Source: Octopus vulgaris (lineage: Eukaryota). Taken from it: a DNA stretch of 64,000 nt. The notes beneath the pieces were generated by a model. It saw only the letters and a program-made list of their open reading frames with translations, ran no database searches and was not told the origin of the DNA. The stretch spans positions 40,796,001-40,860,000 of the forward strand of contig OX597827.1 of NCBI GenBank assembly GCA_951406725.2. The letters run 5' to 3'. Both the position numbers and the translations under genes were made by a program. Within the stretch, counting starts at the first letter, position 1. Every line of letters starts with the position of its first letter. This document shows, piece after piece, positions 13,710 through 26,924 of this stretch.

Positions 13710-14735
13710 ACTGTATGGACAGGCATGCGGGTGGAAGTGTATGTATGTATATATATTTGAGTATAAATGCATCTTTTGTATATGTGGCTAATTGTAATTT
13801 GTAATTATATCTATATCCGTTTTGACCCCACTTTTTCCCTATCTTTGCACCGTATAAGTATACGTACCTTTCTTTTACGGTGCCCTCTCTTTCATATACA
13901 CCCTCAAAATTTATTCACCACACCCTGTATTTGTCTTTGCCTGCTTTAGCGAAGGATACGCACGTTGCTATCGTAACAGAGTTGTATAAGTCGTTGGTAT
14001 AAGGAACACTTGTCATTCGGAAGTATGGGTTCGATTTCCATCATTTCCAAACGACATATTCCTTCATTCAAATCCAGGAAAAAAATCATCTTTACTTTTC
14101 TGCCGACGTTTAATAATGATCGTCATCGTAAATAAAATCAAGTCATGCAAATGTTATAGGCATAAAATATTATATTCAAGATTTGACACAAGGTCGGCAA
14201 TTTCGAAGGAAGGATAGGTGATCTAGATCGGCCCCAGTGTACAGATGGTACATATTTTATCGACCCCGAAAGGATGAAAGGCAAAGTCGAACGCGGAATT
14301 TGAACTGAGAACATAAAGACAGACGAAATGCTGCTAAGCATTTCGCCCGACGCGCTAAAGTTTCTGGTCTAAATTACGCAAAAATGGAAATAATACTGAC
14401 ATCTCATTTTAACAGATATACTTACCAACATATTCTTTTCTACTCTAGGGTCAAGGCCCAAAATTTGGGGGAGAGGGCCAGTCCATTAAATCGACTCCAG
14501 TACGCAACTGGTACTTAATTTATCGACCCCGAAAGGATGAAAGGCAAAGTCGACCTCGGCGGAATTTGAACTCAGAACGTAAAGACAGACGAAATATCGC
14601 TAAGCATTTCGCCCGGAGTGCTAACGTTTTTGCCAGCTCGACGCCTTGTATGCATAAAATATTAATAAAGAAATTCCTTTCTGAAATACAAACATAGAAA
14701 CGTAGCAAAAGAAAAAAAAAGAATGATACTGAGCT

Positions 14736-14817
14736 TGGCAGCGGTGGGATTCGAACCCACGCCTCCGAAGAGACTGATGCCTTAAACCAGCGCCTTAGAC
14801 CGCTCGGCCACGCTACC
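14736..14817 (-). tRNA. trnL-AAG: tRNA-Leu(AAG), G30-U40 variant
   Basis: 82-nt type II cloverleaf with A/B boxes; downstream T-run. Confidence 0.9.
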
Positions 14818-15997
14818 TGTACACAGATACCTTCATATAATAAAGTTAAATTATCATGTGAACATGCGTTCGGTTATGATAATTTTTTCACAAATGAGAA
14901 TTTTATATATTTTTGTATACAGGTGTACCACAGATGGCTGTGTGGTAACAAGCTTGTTTCTCGGTCACATGGTTCAGTCCCACTACGTTGCACCTTTGGC
15001 AAGTGTCTTCCATTATAGCTTCAGGCAGACTAAAGGTTTGTGAATGGGTTTGATAGACGGGAACTGAAAGAAGCCCGTCATATGTGTGTGTGTGTTGTGA
15101 GTGTGTATGTGCATGTGTGTGTGTATTTGCATCTGTATTTGTTCTCTAGCACTGCTTGACAACCGACGTTGGTGTGTTTACGTCTTCCATAACCTAGCGG
15201 TTCGGCGAAATCGACCAACAAAATAAGTACGAGGCTTTAAAAAACAATAATCACTGTGGTCGTTTCGTTCGACTGAAATTCTTCAAGGCGGTGCCCCAGC
15301 ATGGTCGCAGTCTACTGACTGAAACAAATAAGATACAAAAGTAACTAGAATGTTACCCATGAAAAGACGAGTATCCTTGGAATTATACTTTTGCCAACAC
15401 GGGTATTAACAGGAAATACAGCATACATCCTGCCCTCCACATTTCTCCAGCTTTGAAGGTACAAGGTTACCACATTCTACGAGGAAATTGATCTCATCCA
15501 AAAGTTAATACCAGGAATATTTGCTTTCCAGTTACTCTTTACTCTTTTATTTGTTTCAATCATTTGACTGCGCCATGCTGGATCACCGCCTTTTAGTCGC
15601 GCAAATCGACCCCAGGACTTATTCTTTTGTAAGCCTTGTACTTTTTCTATCGGTATCCTTTTGCCGAACCGCTTAGTTACGGGGACGTAAACACACCAGC
15701 ATCGGTTGTCAAGCGATGTTGGGGGAACAAACACAGACACACAAACATATATACACACACACATACATATACATATATGTACATATATACGACGAGCTTC
15801 TTTCAGTTTCCGTCTACCAAATACACTCACAAGACTTTCGTCGGCCCGAGGCTATAGTAGAAGGCCAAGGTGCCACACAGTGGGACTGAACCCGGAACCA
15901 TGTGGTTGGTAAGCAAGCTACTTACCACACAGCCACTCCTATGCCTACTTCATTTTTTATTATGCCGTTTGCTCGTTCCGCTTCTACCTACGTGTGT

Positions 15998-16059
<62 letters not shown>

Positions 16060-16692
16060 CACTTGCTTCAGTCAATTGACTGCGGCCATGCTGGAGCACT
16101 GCCTTGAAGAGTTTAGTCGACCAAATCGCCCCCTGTACTTATTTTCATTACGGCTAGTAAATGTTCTGTCGGTTCCTTTTACTGTACTGTCGGTTCAATT
16201 TACTCAAAAATTATTGGTTGACCCGGCGTTATAGAAGACACTTACCCAGGATGTTGCGCGCACACATGCACACACGTATCTAATACATAACATATAATGT
16301 ATATGTTATATATACGCTCAGAAAAATATAGACGGAAAAGTCTGATGGTTTGAGCATATGCTCTTCTAGACGAAAAAATAGATGAGGAGAGAAAAAAAGG
16401 TGGGGAGAGGAAAGAAGAAACTTGTTTCAATCAGACAGTTACTGCATCCATAAAATCGTGATTTGTTGACACTTTTTCATGTATATGGAATGCGAAAATG
16501 CAAATATTCGGAAGGTGAAATGTCAAGTGGCAGCGATATGATTTCAAACCACGTCTCGGAAAAAGATGGTAACTTAAACCGCAGGGCAACACAACCGACG
16601 CGATTCCATGATCAGTATTTTATATGATAATATTTATCAACGAACATAGAATGCGATGATTAAAATTTTGCCAAAGCTAATATAAAGTAATC

Positions 16693-16774
16693 TGGCAGCG
16701 GTGGGATTCGAACCCACGCCTCCGAAGAGACTGGTGCCTAAAACCAGCGCCTTAGACCGCTCGGCCACGCTACC
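16693..16774 (-). tRNA. trnL-TAG: tRNA-Leu(TAG)
   Basis: CTGGT-TTTAGGC-ACCAG anticodon arm; otherwise identical to the AAG consensus. Confidence 0.95.
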
Positions 16775-16879
16775 AGTATAGTGACCTTCATCTTTTAAAG
16801 TTAAATTATGTGAATGTGTGTTCGGTTATTAAGATAATGTTTGCATAGATGCGAATTTCGTGTGTTTATGCTTCCTCTA

Positions 16880-17690
16880 TACAGCTGTGAGTTCGCTGTG
16901 TTCACTTCACACGTTGCGAAATTGTGTTTTGGGGATCACGTGCATGCTGTGGTCTGTGATTTTGTCTTGGACAGGAACAAAGTGCCAATGTGAAATATTG
17001 CGTTAAACTTGGGAAGTCTGCTACAGAGACATTGAGCATGCTTCGGCAAGCTTGTGACGACGAGGCAGTGGGTCGTATGCAATGTGTCGGGTGACACAGA
17101 TGCTTCAAAAGCAGAAAAACGTCTCTGAAAGACGATGAGTGATATAGAAGCCCCCCCCCCCCACTCACACACACACACACAGACACACACACGAGCGTCA
17201 ATACCAGAAATGTGGCGTTGTACATCGAGAGTTCGAATCCCATTGCCAGACCGTCGATCGAGAGTCTTACTGCCACATTTTGAAGCATCTGAGGGGGGGC
17301 ATTCGACGAAAGCGACAGGATCTGTGGAACACGAAGACCTGGATTCTTCACCGAGCAATCATCACACGTTAGTTTCTCGCCACGGACAACATAGTATCGC
17401 TACTGCATCCGCCCTTATTCACTAGATTTAGCATCCTATGGGCTTCCATCTCTTCTTCAAGATGAAAAGGCAGCTCAAAGGTCTCCGTTTTAATACCGTC
17501 TTCAAGATCCAAAGCGAAGCGAATCACAGACGGTCCTCCGATCGCTTACGGAAAACAACTTTCAGGCCAGATTCCAAAAGTGGTAGGAACTCTGGGACCG
17601 GTGTATTGCTGCGCAACGTGACTATTTCGAAGGAGTTGATGTTAAAACTTGGGTAAATAAGTTATTTTTATCGAACATAACTAATCCACT
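16880..17690 (+). mobile_element. mariner transposon relic
   Basis: EQSANVKYCVKLGKSATETLSMLRQA HTH and FHLFFKMKRQLKGLRF C-terminal motif; internally deleted. Confidence 0.85.
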
Positions 17691-18276
17691 TTAATACATA
17701 TACTGGAGTGTTGCCGCTCAAAGAACAGGTAACTTTAGGAGTATACTTTTGCCAGCTTGGGTATTATCAGGAAATATAGCATACATCGTGCACTCCACCT
17801 TTCTTCAGGGTACATGGTACCGTTTGCTTGTTCCGCTTCTACCTGCATGTGTGTGTGTTCTACGTGTTACAGTCAACTAACTGCGGTCATGCTGGGGCAC
17901 CACTTTGAAGAGTTTAATCGAACAAATCGACACCAGTACTTAATTTTATCACATCTGGTAATTACTCAATCGGTGCTTTTAGTGAACCGCTATGTTACGG
18001 GAATATAAACAAAGCAGCACCAGTTGTCAAGTGTATCTATATATATACTAAGCTTACTCTGGAGTGAATGACCGGTACTGGGATATAGAGCGGTGGTTAC
18101 CAAACTGGCAAAGTATAGAGGAAGACACTTGGCCAAAGTGCGCGAGTGCCTCGCACACACAGTTATAAAAGATAACGAAACAATCCTATAAATGTTACAG
18201 ACGTTCATTTATGATATTTATGATGTGGATATCGAATGCGTTGATTGAAAATTTGCCAAAATAATGATACTGAGCT

Positions 18277-18358
18277 TGGCAGCGGTGGGATTCGAACCCA
18301 CGCCTCCGAAGAGACTGGTGCCTTAAACCAGCGCCTTAGACCGCTCGGCCACGCTACC
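18277..18358 (-). tRNA. trnL-AAG: tRNA-Leu(AAG)
   Basis: Consensus GGTAGCGTGGCCGAGCGGTCTAAGGCGCTGGTTTAAGGCACCAGTCTCTTCGGAGGCGTGGGTTCGAATCCCACCGCTGCCA. Confidence 0.96.
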
Positions 18359-18689
18359 TGTACACAGACGAAATCATATAATAAAGTTAAATTATCATGT
18401 GAACATGCGTTCGGTTATGATAATTTTTTCACAAATGAGAATTTTATATATTTTTCTAAGCATGTGTACTACAGATGGCTGTGTGGTAACAAGCTTGTTT
18501 CTCGGTCACATGGTTCCAGGTTCAGTCCCACTACGTTGCACCTTTGGCAAGTGTCTTCCATTATAGCTTCAGGCAGACTAAAGGTTTGTGAGTGGATTTG
18601 ATAGACGGGAACTGAAAGAAGCCCATCATATGTGTGTGTGTGTTGTAAGTGTGTATGTGTGTGTGTGTGTGTGTGTTGTGAGTCTGTAA

Positions 18690-18722
<33 letters not shown>

Positions 18723-18729
18723 CTGTGTA

Positions 18730-18768
<39 letters not shown>

Positions 18769-20208
18769 ATCTGTATTTGTTCTCTAGCACTGCTTAACAA
18801 CCGACGTTGGTGTGTTTACGTCTTCCATAACCTAGCGGTTCGGCGAAATCGGCCGACAAAATAAGTACCAGGTTTTAAAAAACAATAATCACTGTGGTCG
18901 TTTCGTTCGACTGAAATTCTTCAAGGCGGTGCCCCACCATGGTCGCAGTCTACTGACTGAAACAAATAAGAGACAAAAGTAACTAGAGTGTTACCCGTGA
19001 AAAGACGGGTATCCTTGGAATTATGCTTTTGCCACCACGGGTATTAACAGGAAATATAGCATACATCCTGCCTTCTTTTGTAAGCCTTGTACTTATTCTA
19101 TCGGTCTCCTTTTGCCGAACCGCTAGGTTACGGGGACGTAAACACACCGGCATCGGTTGTCAAGCGATGCTGGGGAGACAAACACAGACACACACAGATA
19201 CACATATATATACATATATGTACATATATACGACAAGCTTCTTTCAGTTTCCGTCTACCAAATCCACTCACAGGCTATGGTCGGCCCGAGGCTATAGTAG
19301 AAGACACTTGCCCAAGGTGCCACGCAGTGGGACTGAACCCGGAACCATGTGGTTCGTAAGCAAGCTACTTACCACACAGCCACTCCTACACCTACTTCAT
19401 TTTTTATGATGCTGTTTGCTCGTTCCGCTTCTACCGCTGTGTGTGTGTGTGTGTGTTTCACTTGCTTCAGTCAATTGACCGCGGCCATGCTGGGGCAATG
19501 CCTTGAAGAGTTTAGTCGACCAAATCGACCCCAGTACTTATTTTGTTTACGGTTAGTAACTGTTCTGTCCGTTCCTTTTACTGCACTGCTATGGTAAGGG
19601 GACATAAAAAAAAGCAGCACCAGTTGTTCAGAGACACTTGGAGACAAGCACAAATACAAAGACAAACGCAAATACATATATACGATGGGATTCTACACAG
19701 ATACCGTCATCTCAATTTACTCAAAAGTATTGGTTGACCCGAGGTTATAGAAGACACTTGCCCAGGATGTTGCGCGCACACATGCACACACGTATCTAAT
19801 ACATAACATATAATGTATATGTTATACATACGCTCAGAAAAATATAGAAGGAAGAGTCTGATGGTTTGAGCATACTCGTTTCCAGACGAAAAAATAGATG
19901 AGGACAGAAAAAAAGGTGGGGAGAGGAAAAAAGAAACTTGTTTCAATCAGACAGTTACTGTATCCATAAAATCGTGATTTGTTGATACTTTTTCATGTAT
20001 ATGGAATGCGAAAATGCAAATATTCGGAAGGTGAAACGTCAAGTGGCAGCGATAGGATTTCAAACCACGTCTCGGAAAAAATTGTTAACTTAAACCGCAG
20101 GGCAACACAACCGACACGTTTCCATGATCAATATTTTATATGTTAATATTTAACAACGAACATAGAATGCGATGATTAAAATTTTGCCAAAACTAATATA
20201 AAGTAATC

Positions 20209-20290
20209 TGGCAGCGGTGGGATTCGAACCCACGCCTCCGAAGAGACTGGTGCCTAAAACCAGCGCCTTAGACCGCTCGGCCACGCTACC
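20209..20290 (-). tRNA. trnL-TAG: tRNA-Leu(TAG)
   Basis: Consensus body, TAG anticodon. Confidence 0.95.
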
Positions 20291-20397
20291 ATTATTGTAG
20301 CACATTCATCTTTTAAAGTAAAATTATGTGAATGTGTGTTCGGTTATTAAGATAATGTTTGCATAGATGCGAATTTCGTGTGTCTATGCTTCCTCTA

Positions 20398-21172
20398 TAC
20401 AGCTGTGAGTTCGCTGTGTTCACTTCACAAGTTGCGAAATTTGTGTTTTGGGGATCACGTGCATGCTGTGGTCTGCGATTTTGTTTTGGACAGGAACAAA
20501 GAACCAACGTGAACTATTGCGTTATCCTTGGGAAGTCTGCTACAGAGACATTGAGCATACTTCGGCAAGCTTATGGCGACGAGGCAGTGGGTCGTATGCA
20601 ATGTGTCGGGTGACACAGATGCTTCAAAAGCAGAAGAATGTCTCTGAAAGACGATGAGTGATGTCGAAGACCCGCCACAAGCGTAATTCCCAGAAATGTG
20701 GTATTGTGCATCGAGAATTCGACACCCAGGGCCAGACCGTCGATCGAGAGTCTTACTGCCACATTTTGAAGCATTTGAGGGAGGACATTCGACGAAAGCG
20801 ACAAGATCTGTGGAACGCGAAGACCTGGATTCTTCACCGAGCGATCTTCACACGTTAGATTGTCGCCAGGACAACATAGTATCGCTACCGCACCCGCCTT
20901 TATTCACTAGATTTAGCATCCTATGGGCTTCCATCTCTTCTTCAAGATGAAAAGGCAGCTCAAAGGTCTCCGTTTTAATACCGTCTTCAAGATCCAAAGC
21001 GAAGCGAATCACAGACGGTCCTCCAATCGCTTACGGAAAACGACTTCCAGGCCGGATTCCAAAAGTGGCAGGAACACTGGGACCAGTGTATTGCTGCGCA
21101 ACGTGACTATTTCGAAGAAGATGATGTTAAAACTTGGGTAAATAAGTTATTTTTATCGAACATAACAAAACC
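20398..21172 (+). mobile_element. mariner transposon relic (duplicate of 16880-17690)
   Basis: EQRTNVNYCVILGKSATETLSILRQAYGDEA; GIVHREF..GQTVDRESYCHILKHLREDIRRKR..WILH; LPHPP. Confidence 0.88.
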
Positions 21173-21486
21173 ACTTTAATACATATACTGGAGTGTTGCC
21201 ATTTAGGAATATACTTTTGCCAGCTTGGGTATTATCAGGAAATATAGCATATATCGTGCACTCCATCTTCCATCAGCGTACAGGGTACCATTTGCTCGTT
21301 CAGTCTCTACCTATTTGTGTGTGTGTGGGCGTTTGTGTCCTACGTGTTTCAATCAACTGATTGCGGTCATGCTGGGGCACCACTTTGAAGAGTTTAGTCG
21401 AACAAATCGACACCAGCACTTACTTTTATCACATCTGGTAATAGCGCTATGTTACGGGGATATAAACAAAGCAGCACTAGTTGTCA

Positions 21487-21525
<39 letters not shown>

Positions 21526-21758
21526 TAAGCTTTCTCTGAAGTGACTGAACGTCACTGGGATATAGAACGGTAGTTACCAAACTGGCAAAGTATAGAGGAA
21601 GACACTTGGCCAAAGTGCGCGAGTTCCTCGCACACACACTTATAAAAGATGATGAAACAATCTTATAAATGTTACAGACGTTCATTTATGATATTTATCA
21701 GGAAATGTGAATATGGAATGCGTTGATTGAAAATTTGCCAAAATAATGATGCTGAGCT

Positions 21759-21840
21759 TGGCAGCGGTGGGATTCGAACCCACGCCTCCGAAGAGACTGG
21801 TGCCTTAAACCAGCGCCTTAGACCGCTCGGCCACGCTACC
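21759..21840 (-). tRNA. trnL-AAG: tRNA-Leu(AAG)
   Basis: Consensus copy. Confidence 0.96.
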
Positions 21841-22270
21841 TGAACAGCAACAAATTCATAAATTAGTTTTAAATTATTATTTGAACGTTTGTTCGGTTAT
21901 TAAGATAGTTTTTCCATACACGAGAATTTTATATGTAAATGCTTTCTCTATACAGGTGTGCTTCAGGTGGGTATTTTGTAAGTATAGCACGTATATTGGA
22001 GCGGTACCCGTGAAAAGGACGGGTAACTCTGGAAGTGTACTTTTGTCACAATGGGTGTTGTCAGGTAATATACCATACATCGTGCCCCCCACATTTCTTC
22101 AAGTTTCAAGGCACAAGGTTACCGCATTCTGTAACATTATATCCTCTAGCCTGAAGAGCTCCATACCGAGCTCATTGTGCCGGCCACAAGACTCCATTGA
22201 TCTCATCCGAAAGATTATATTATCGATATTTTCCATCAAGATAATTCCTTATTTATTATCCCGCTTGCTC

Positions 22271-22337
<67 letters not shown>

Positions 22338-22679
22338 CACTCGTTTTAGTCAATTGACATCGGCCATGCCGTGACTTTGTCCTGATGTGTTTAGTCACAA
22401 GTTACTGCTCGGCCCGAAACTATAGAAGACACTAGCGGATGGTGCCGTGCGCGCGCTCACACAGACACACGGACATACACATACACACAAATATGGAGTA
22501 AAAATTCTAAATGACACGAAGACGAGTCTGGAGAAAGAATAGCCTGGAAAAAGAATAGATGAGGAGAGGAATTAATGGAGAAAAGAATAAACATCTACCC
22601 ATTAGGCGGTTACTGCATCTATAAAATCTTGAAGTGTTGAAATTTTCTGTAATGCAAAAATACAAAAACTTAAGACTAC

Positions 22680-22761
22680 TGGCAGCGGTGGGATTCGAAC
22701 CCACGCCTCCGAAGAGACTGGTGCCTTAAACCAGCGCCTTAGACCGCTCGGCCACGCTACC
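22680..22761 (-). tRNA. trnL-AAG: tRNA-Leu(AAG)
   Basis: Consensus copy. Confidence 0.96.
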
Positions 22762-23678
22762 AGTTGGGATTAACAGCCATATAGTTAAACTAAAGTATCA
22801 TTTGAAGCGTGTGCTTGGTTATTAAGATAATGTTTACATAGATGAGAATTTCATATGTCTATGCCTTTTTGTGCTGCTGTGCTACGGGTGGACATATTTA
22901 ACTATATATGAAATACTAGAGTGTCACCCGTCGAACGACAGGTAGCTTTGCAAATGAACCTTTTTTCCACCATGGGTATTATCAAGGAATATACTATATA
23001 CCTTGCCCTTCATCTTTCTTCAAGTTTCAGGGTACAAGGTTACCGCATTCATTTTAATTATACCCTTTAGCCTGAAGAACTTCATACCAAGCCCTTTATT
23101 CCATCCACACGGGTAGATTGATGTCATCCAATAGTCAAGACCAAGGGTATCCTCCTTCTAGCTAATTCCTTCTTTATTCTACCGTTCGCTCAATCCGCTT
23201 CTACCTCTGTGCGTGTGTGTCCTTCACTTGTTTCAGGTAAACGTCCCCTGTTATATTGGGACACAACCTTGAAGAATTTAATCGACTGAATCGCCCCAAA
23301 TACTTATTTTCGTCTGGTAATTACTCTATCGGTTTCTTTTAACAAACCGCTATGTTAAGAGGACATAAACAAAAGCAACACCAATTGTTGAGAGATAGTA
23401 GGGGTCAAAGTCGAAGACAAACATATATACTTATGTACGACGGGCTTCTACACAGAATTCCTCTTCTAAATTTACCCAGAAGTGATTGAACGGCTCGAAG
23501 CTGCAGAAGCCGCTTGGCCAAGGTGCCGCGTGCACACATATCACACACATATAGTCATAATAGATGATTATGCAATCGTATAAATATTTACATAAATTCA
23601 TATATGATATTTATCAGGATATGTGTACAAAGGAATGCGATCATTGAAAATTTATAAAAAAAAAAAAGAAAAAATTGT

Positions 23679-23752
23679 ATGCATTGTGGTATTCGAACCT
23701 ACGCAGTGCCTAACGCATTAAACCAGCGGCTTAGACCGCTCGGCCACGCTAC
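23679..23752 (-). pseudogene. Degenerate tRNA-Leu pseudogene
   Basis: 5' half GTAGCGTGGCCGAGCGGTCTAAG is retained; anticodon loop reads AAT, variable arm is lost, T and acceptor stems are mispaired. Confidence 0.8.
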
Positions 23753-24120
23753 AAAAGCTGTAACCGGCTACATTACAATATACACATCATGAGTATGTAT
23801 CGCCTGTTGAAAAAACAATGTTTTATATATCAATATTTTACAAGCATTTATTTATCCAAAAAATATAGTCAAAGTGTACTTTTGTCACTATGGGTGTTGT
23901 CAGGAAATATACCATACATCGTGTCCTCCACATATCTTCAAGTTTCAGGGCACAAGGTTACCGCATTCTGTGTCATTATATCCTCTAGCATGAAGAGCTC
24001 CATACCGAGCCCATTGAGCCGCCCACAAGAGTCAATTGATCTCATCCGAAAGTCAATAACAGGGATATTTTCCTTCTAGATAATTTCTTCTTTATTATGC
24101 CGCTTGCTCTTTCCACTTCT

Positions 24121-24206
<86 letters not shown>

Positions 24207-24698
24207 CACTTGTTTCATTCAATTGACAGCGGCCATACTGGACATCGCCCTGAAGAGTTTAGTCGAACAAATCGAGCCAAGCACTTATTTTCATTGCGCC
24301 TGGTAATTATTCTATCGGTTGCTTTTATCGAACCGCTATGTAACGAAGACATAAACAAAGAAACCCCAGTTGTCAAGCGATAGCGGCAGACAAGCAGAAA
24401 TGCAAACACATGTACGTACGACGGGATTCTCTGCAGCTTCTGTCGTCTCACTCTATTCTCAACTGGTCAAACCGCAGCTATAGAGGACACAAGCGCAAAG
24501 TGCCGAGATGCGCTCACACACAAAAATGGAGCTAAAATTATAGATATCACGAAGACGAGATAAAAAAAATGCTCTGGAAAAATAAAGGAAAAGTCTTTTT
24601 TGCTTTCAGCATACGCTTTTCTAGAGCGTTGAAGTTTTGTTGAAGTTTTCTGAGGTATGTGGAATGCAAAATTATAAATGCACAAAAGTAAAGACAAT

Positions 24699-24780
24699 TG
24701 GCAGCGGTGGGATTCGAACCCACGCCTCCGAAGAGACTGGTGACTAAAACCAGCGCCTTAGACCACTCGGCCACGCTACC
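24699..24780 (-). tRNA. trnL-TAG: tRNA-Leu(TAG), G37>U variant
   Basis: Anticodon loop TT TAG TC; D-loop GAGTGG. Confidence 0.85.
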
Positions 24781-25123
24781 AGAACAGTTCGACAGTCCAT
24801 ATATTACTATGAAATTATCACGCTATTGTGTAATCTCATAGGAAGATAAAGTATTTATGTGTGTCAGTTTGACAGTCTTATACTTCGATATTTTGTGTAT
24901 CTGTATGCACACACTCTCTCTCTCATTCACCCTCCCCTCTCTCTCACTCGCTCTTTCTCGCTCTATCTATCTATCTTTCTATGCATCTGTATATGTGTAT
25001 GTATGTATGTATTATGTAAACACATGGCTACACTCACACACGCACACACACACACAGTAGGACAGAGAGGTCCTCACAGCCCTGTGAGTGGATTTGGTAG
25101 ACGGAAACTGAAAGAAGCCTGTC

Positions 25124-25168
<45 letters not shown>

Positions 25169-25170
25169 TG

Positions 25171-25232
<62 letters not shown>

Positions 25233-25248
25233 TATACATATATATGTA

Positions 25249-25282
<34 letters not shown>

Positions 25283-25398
25283 TATACATATATATATATT
25301 CATATATATATATACATATAAATATTATCTTACAAAACCAACATGCTCTGACATTATTAACATAATTTCATATAAATATATTAGCTCTTCACCATATC

Positions 25399-25480
25399 GG
25401 TAGCGTGGCCGAGCGGTCTAAGGCGCTGGTTTAAGGCACCAGTCTCTTCGGAGGCGTGGGTTCGAATCCCACCGCTGCCA
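25399..25480 (+). tRNA. trnL-AAG: tRNA-Leu(AAG)
   Basis: Consensus copy; T-run terminator at 25488-25497. Confidence 0.96.
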
Positions 25481-25719
25481 ATTTGTATTTTTTTTTTAAC
25501 ATTTCCATACATATATATATATGTATGTATATATACATATATATGATCGGTGGCCCAAGAGTAACCGATACCTAATTATTGTTAAAGGTAACACATAAAT
25601 GGAACATAATTTTTTATTACACAAGGTTACAGCAAATATTAAATAAATTCGTTAGGGTTCGGTTATACACATACGTGCATGCGTACGTACGTGCATGCGT
25701 GCGTGCGTGCGTGCGTGCA

Positions 25720-25750
<31 letters not shown>

Positions 25751-25751
25751 A

Positions 25752-25799
<48 letters not shown>

Positions 25800-25989
25800 T
25801 ATGTATGTATGTATGTATGTATACAGTTTAACATGCATTTTGTCGCCGCAAAATAAAAAGGGAATATAGATTGTCGCGGAGAATTGCGGAAAAATTAATG
25901 TGAATTACGATAGAAGCCGGAAGTGATGACGCTGGCTTAACGAATGTATTGACCGTACGTATGTTTGATGTAACACGGAAACTGTTGAT

Positions 25990-26375
25990 ATATTTTATAT
26001 AAGATGAAAATAATCACATTTGCGTGGAAGCAACAGTCACTGATGCACGAAATGAGATTTGTGAACAGTTTTCCACGATTTCTAAATTTGTTTCGCAACA
26101 CATGCTTATGAAGTTATGATTAAAATAAATCGTCGCTAATCCCATATTGTCGCCTGAGTTTCTTCTTGGCTGGAATCCATCGCCCGTGTAGAATTTGTGA
26201 AAGGATACTGTCATCGTTTGAATCAACAAAATTGAGCGCATGGTCGACAACTTCATGAGTGTAGAAGTTGTCGAGACCCACATATGAAGCCTACCCATGG
26301 GATATCAAAAGCATTCCTGACAATATCCAATGCCCGATAAAGGTCCAAAATGTTTGGTGCGTACGATGGCAGATG
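25990..26375 (-). mobile_element. Merlin (IS1595/ISXO2-like DDE) transposase relic in spacer B
   Basis: IGHWILSGM..ISHG*ASYVGLDNFYTHEVVDHALNFVDSNDDSILSQILHGRWIPAKKKLRRQYG resembles the Merlin ISD.W.AY..H..VNH..NFVD..HTQ.IE..W motif. Copies at ~29740-30123, 34480-34865, 39640-40026, 43460-43845, 48230-48612, 51875-52258 and 57510-57893. Confidence 0.75.
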
Positions 26376-26386
26376 GAGTTCTTTAT

Positions 26387-26664
26387 CTATCTCTATCTAT
26401 CCCTCAGTCGAAGTCGACTCTCTCTTACTCGATTGATCAGTGTCCTCGAGCCAGTTCATATCAGATTGGCTATGTCCATTCTGGTATCACTTTTGATGGT
26501 GTCAAGCCAGCGGGTTCTTGCTGGGCCTCTTCCTCTCTTGCCACTGACCATTCCGAGGATGATGTCCTTCTCCAGGGATTTTCTCAGCATAATATGACCA
26601 AAATATGTCAATCTATGCTTTGTGATCCTAGCTTCTAGCGACATTTTCAGCCTGATCTGCTTAA
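26387..26664 (-). mobile_element. 5'-truncated RTE-clade LINE with 11-bp TSD
   Basis: SLEARITKHRLTYFGHIM..SLEKDIILGMVSGKRGRGPARTRWLDTIK; (GATA)n tail; TSD GAGTTCTTTAT. Copies at 30135-30381, 40038-40331, 43857-44103 and 57905-58198. Confidence 0.9.
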
Positions 26665-26842
26665 GAGTTCTTTATACAAGTTTGATATATCACTGTCGTC
26701 ACATCCGATTCTCTAGGACAATTAACACTCACATTTTTTATAATAGTAAACTGTATATGATAACTCTGTATACCTAACATAAACTCGGAATACGAATATG
26801 GAAATGTGTAAAATAAGGGGGTAAAAAAAAAAAAGCATCAAA

Positions 26843-26924
26843 TGGAAGCGGTGGGATTCGAACCCACGCCTCCGAAGAGACTGGTGCCTTAAACCAGCGC
26901 CTTAGACCGCTCGGCCACGCTACC
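26843..26924 (-). tRNA. trnL-AAG: tRNA-Leu(AAG), G70>U variant
   Basis: 3' end CCGCTTCCA gives a U3/U70 mismatch. Confidence 0.88.

Noticed and set aside
16693-20290. Novel anticodon switch (TAG copies differ from AAG only at position 34)
   Set aside because: Near-identity of Leu-AAG and Leu-TAG bodies is already known in animals, so it is not evidence of a local switch.
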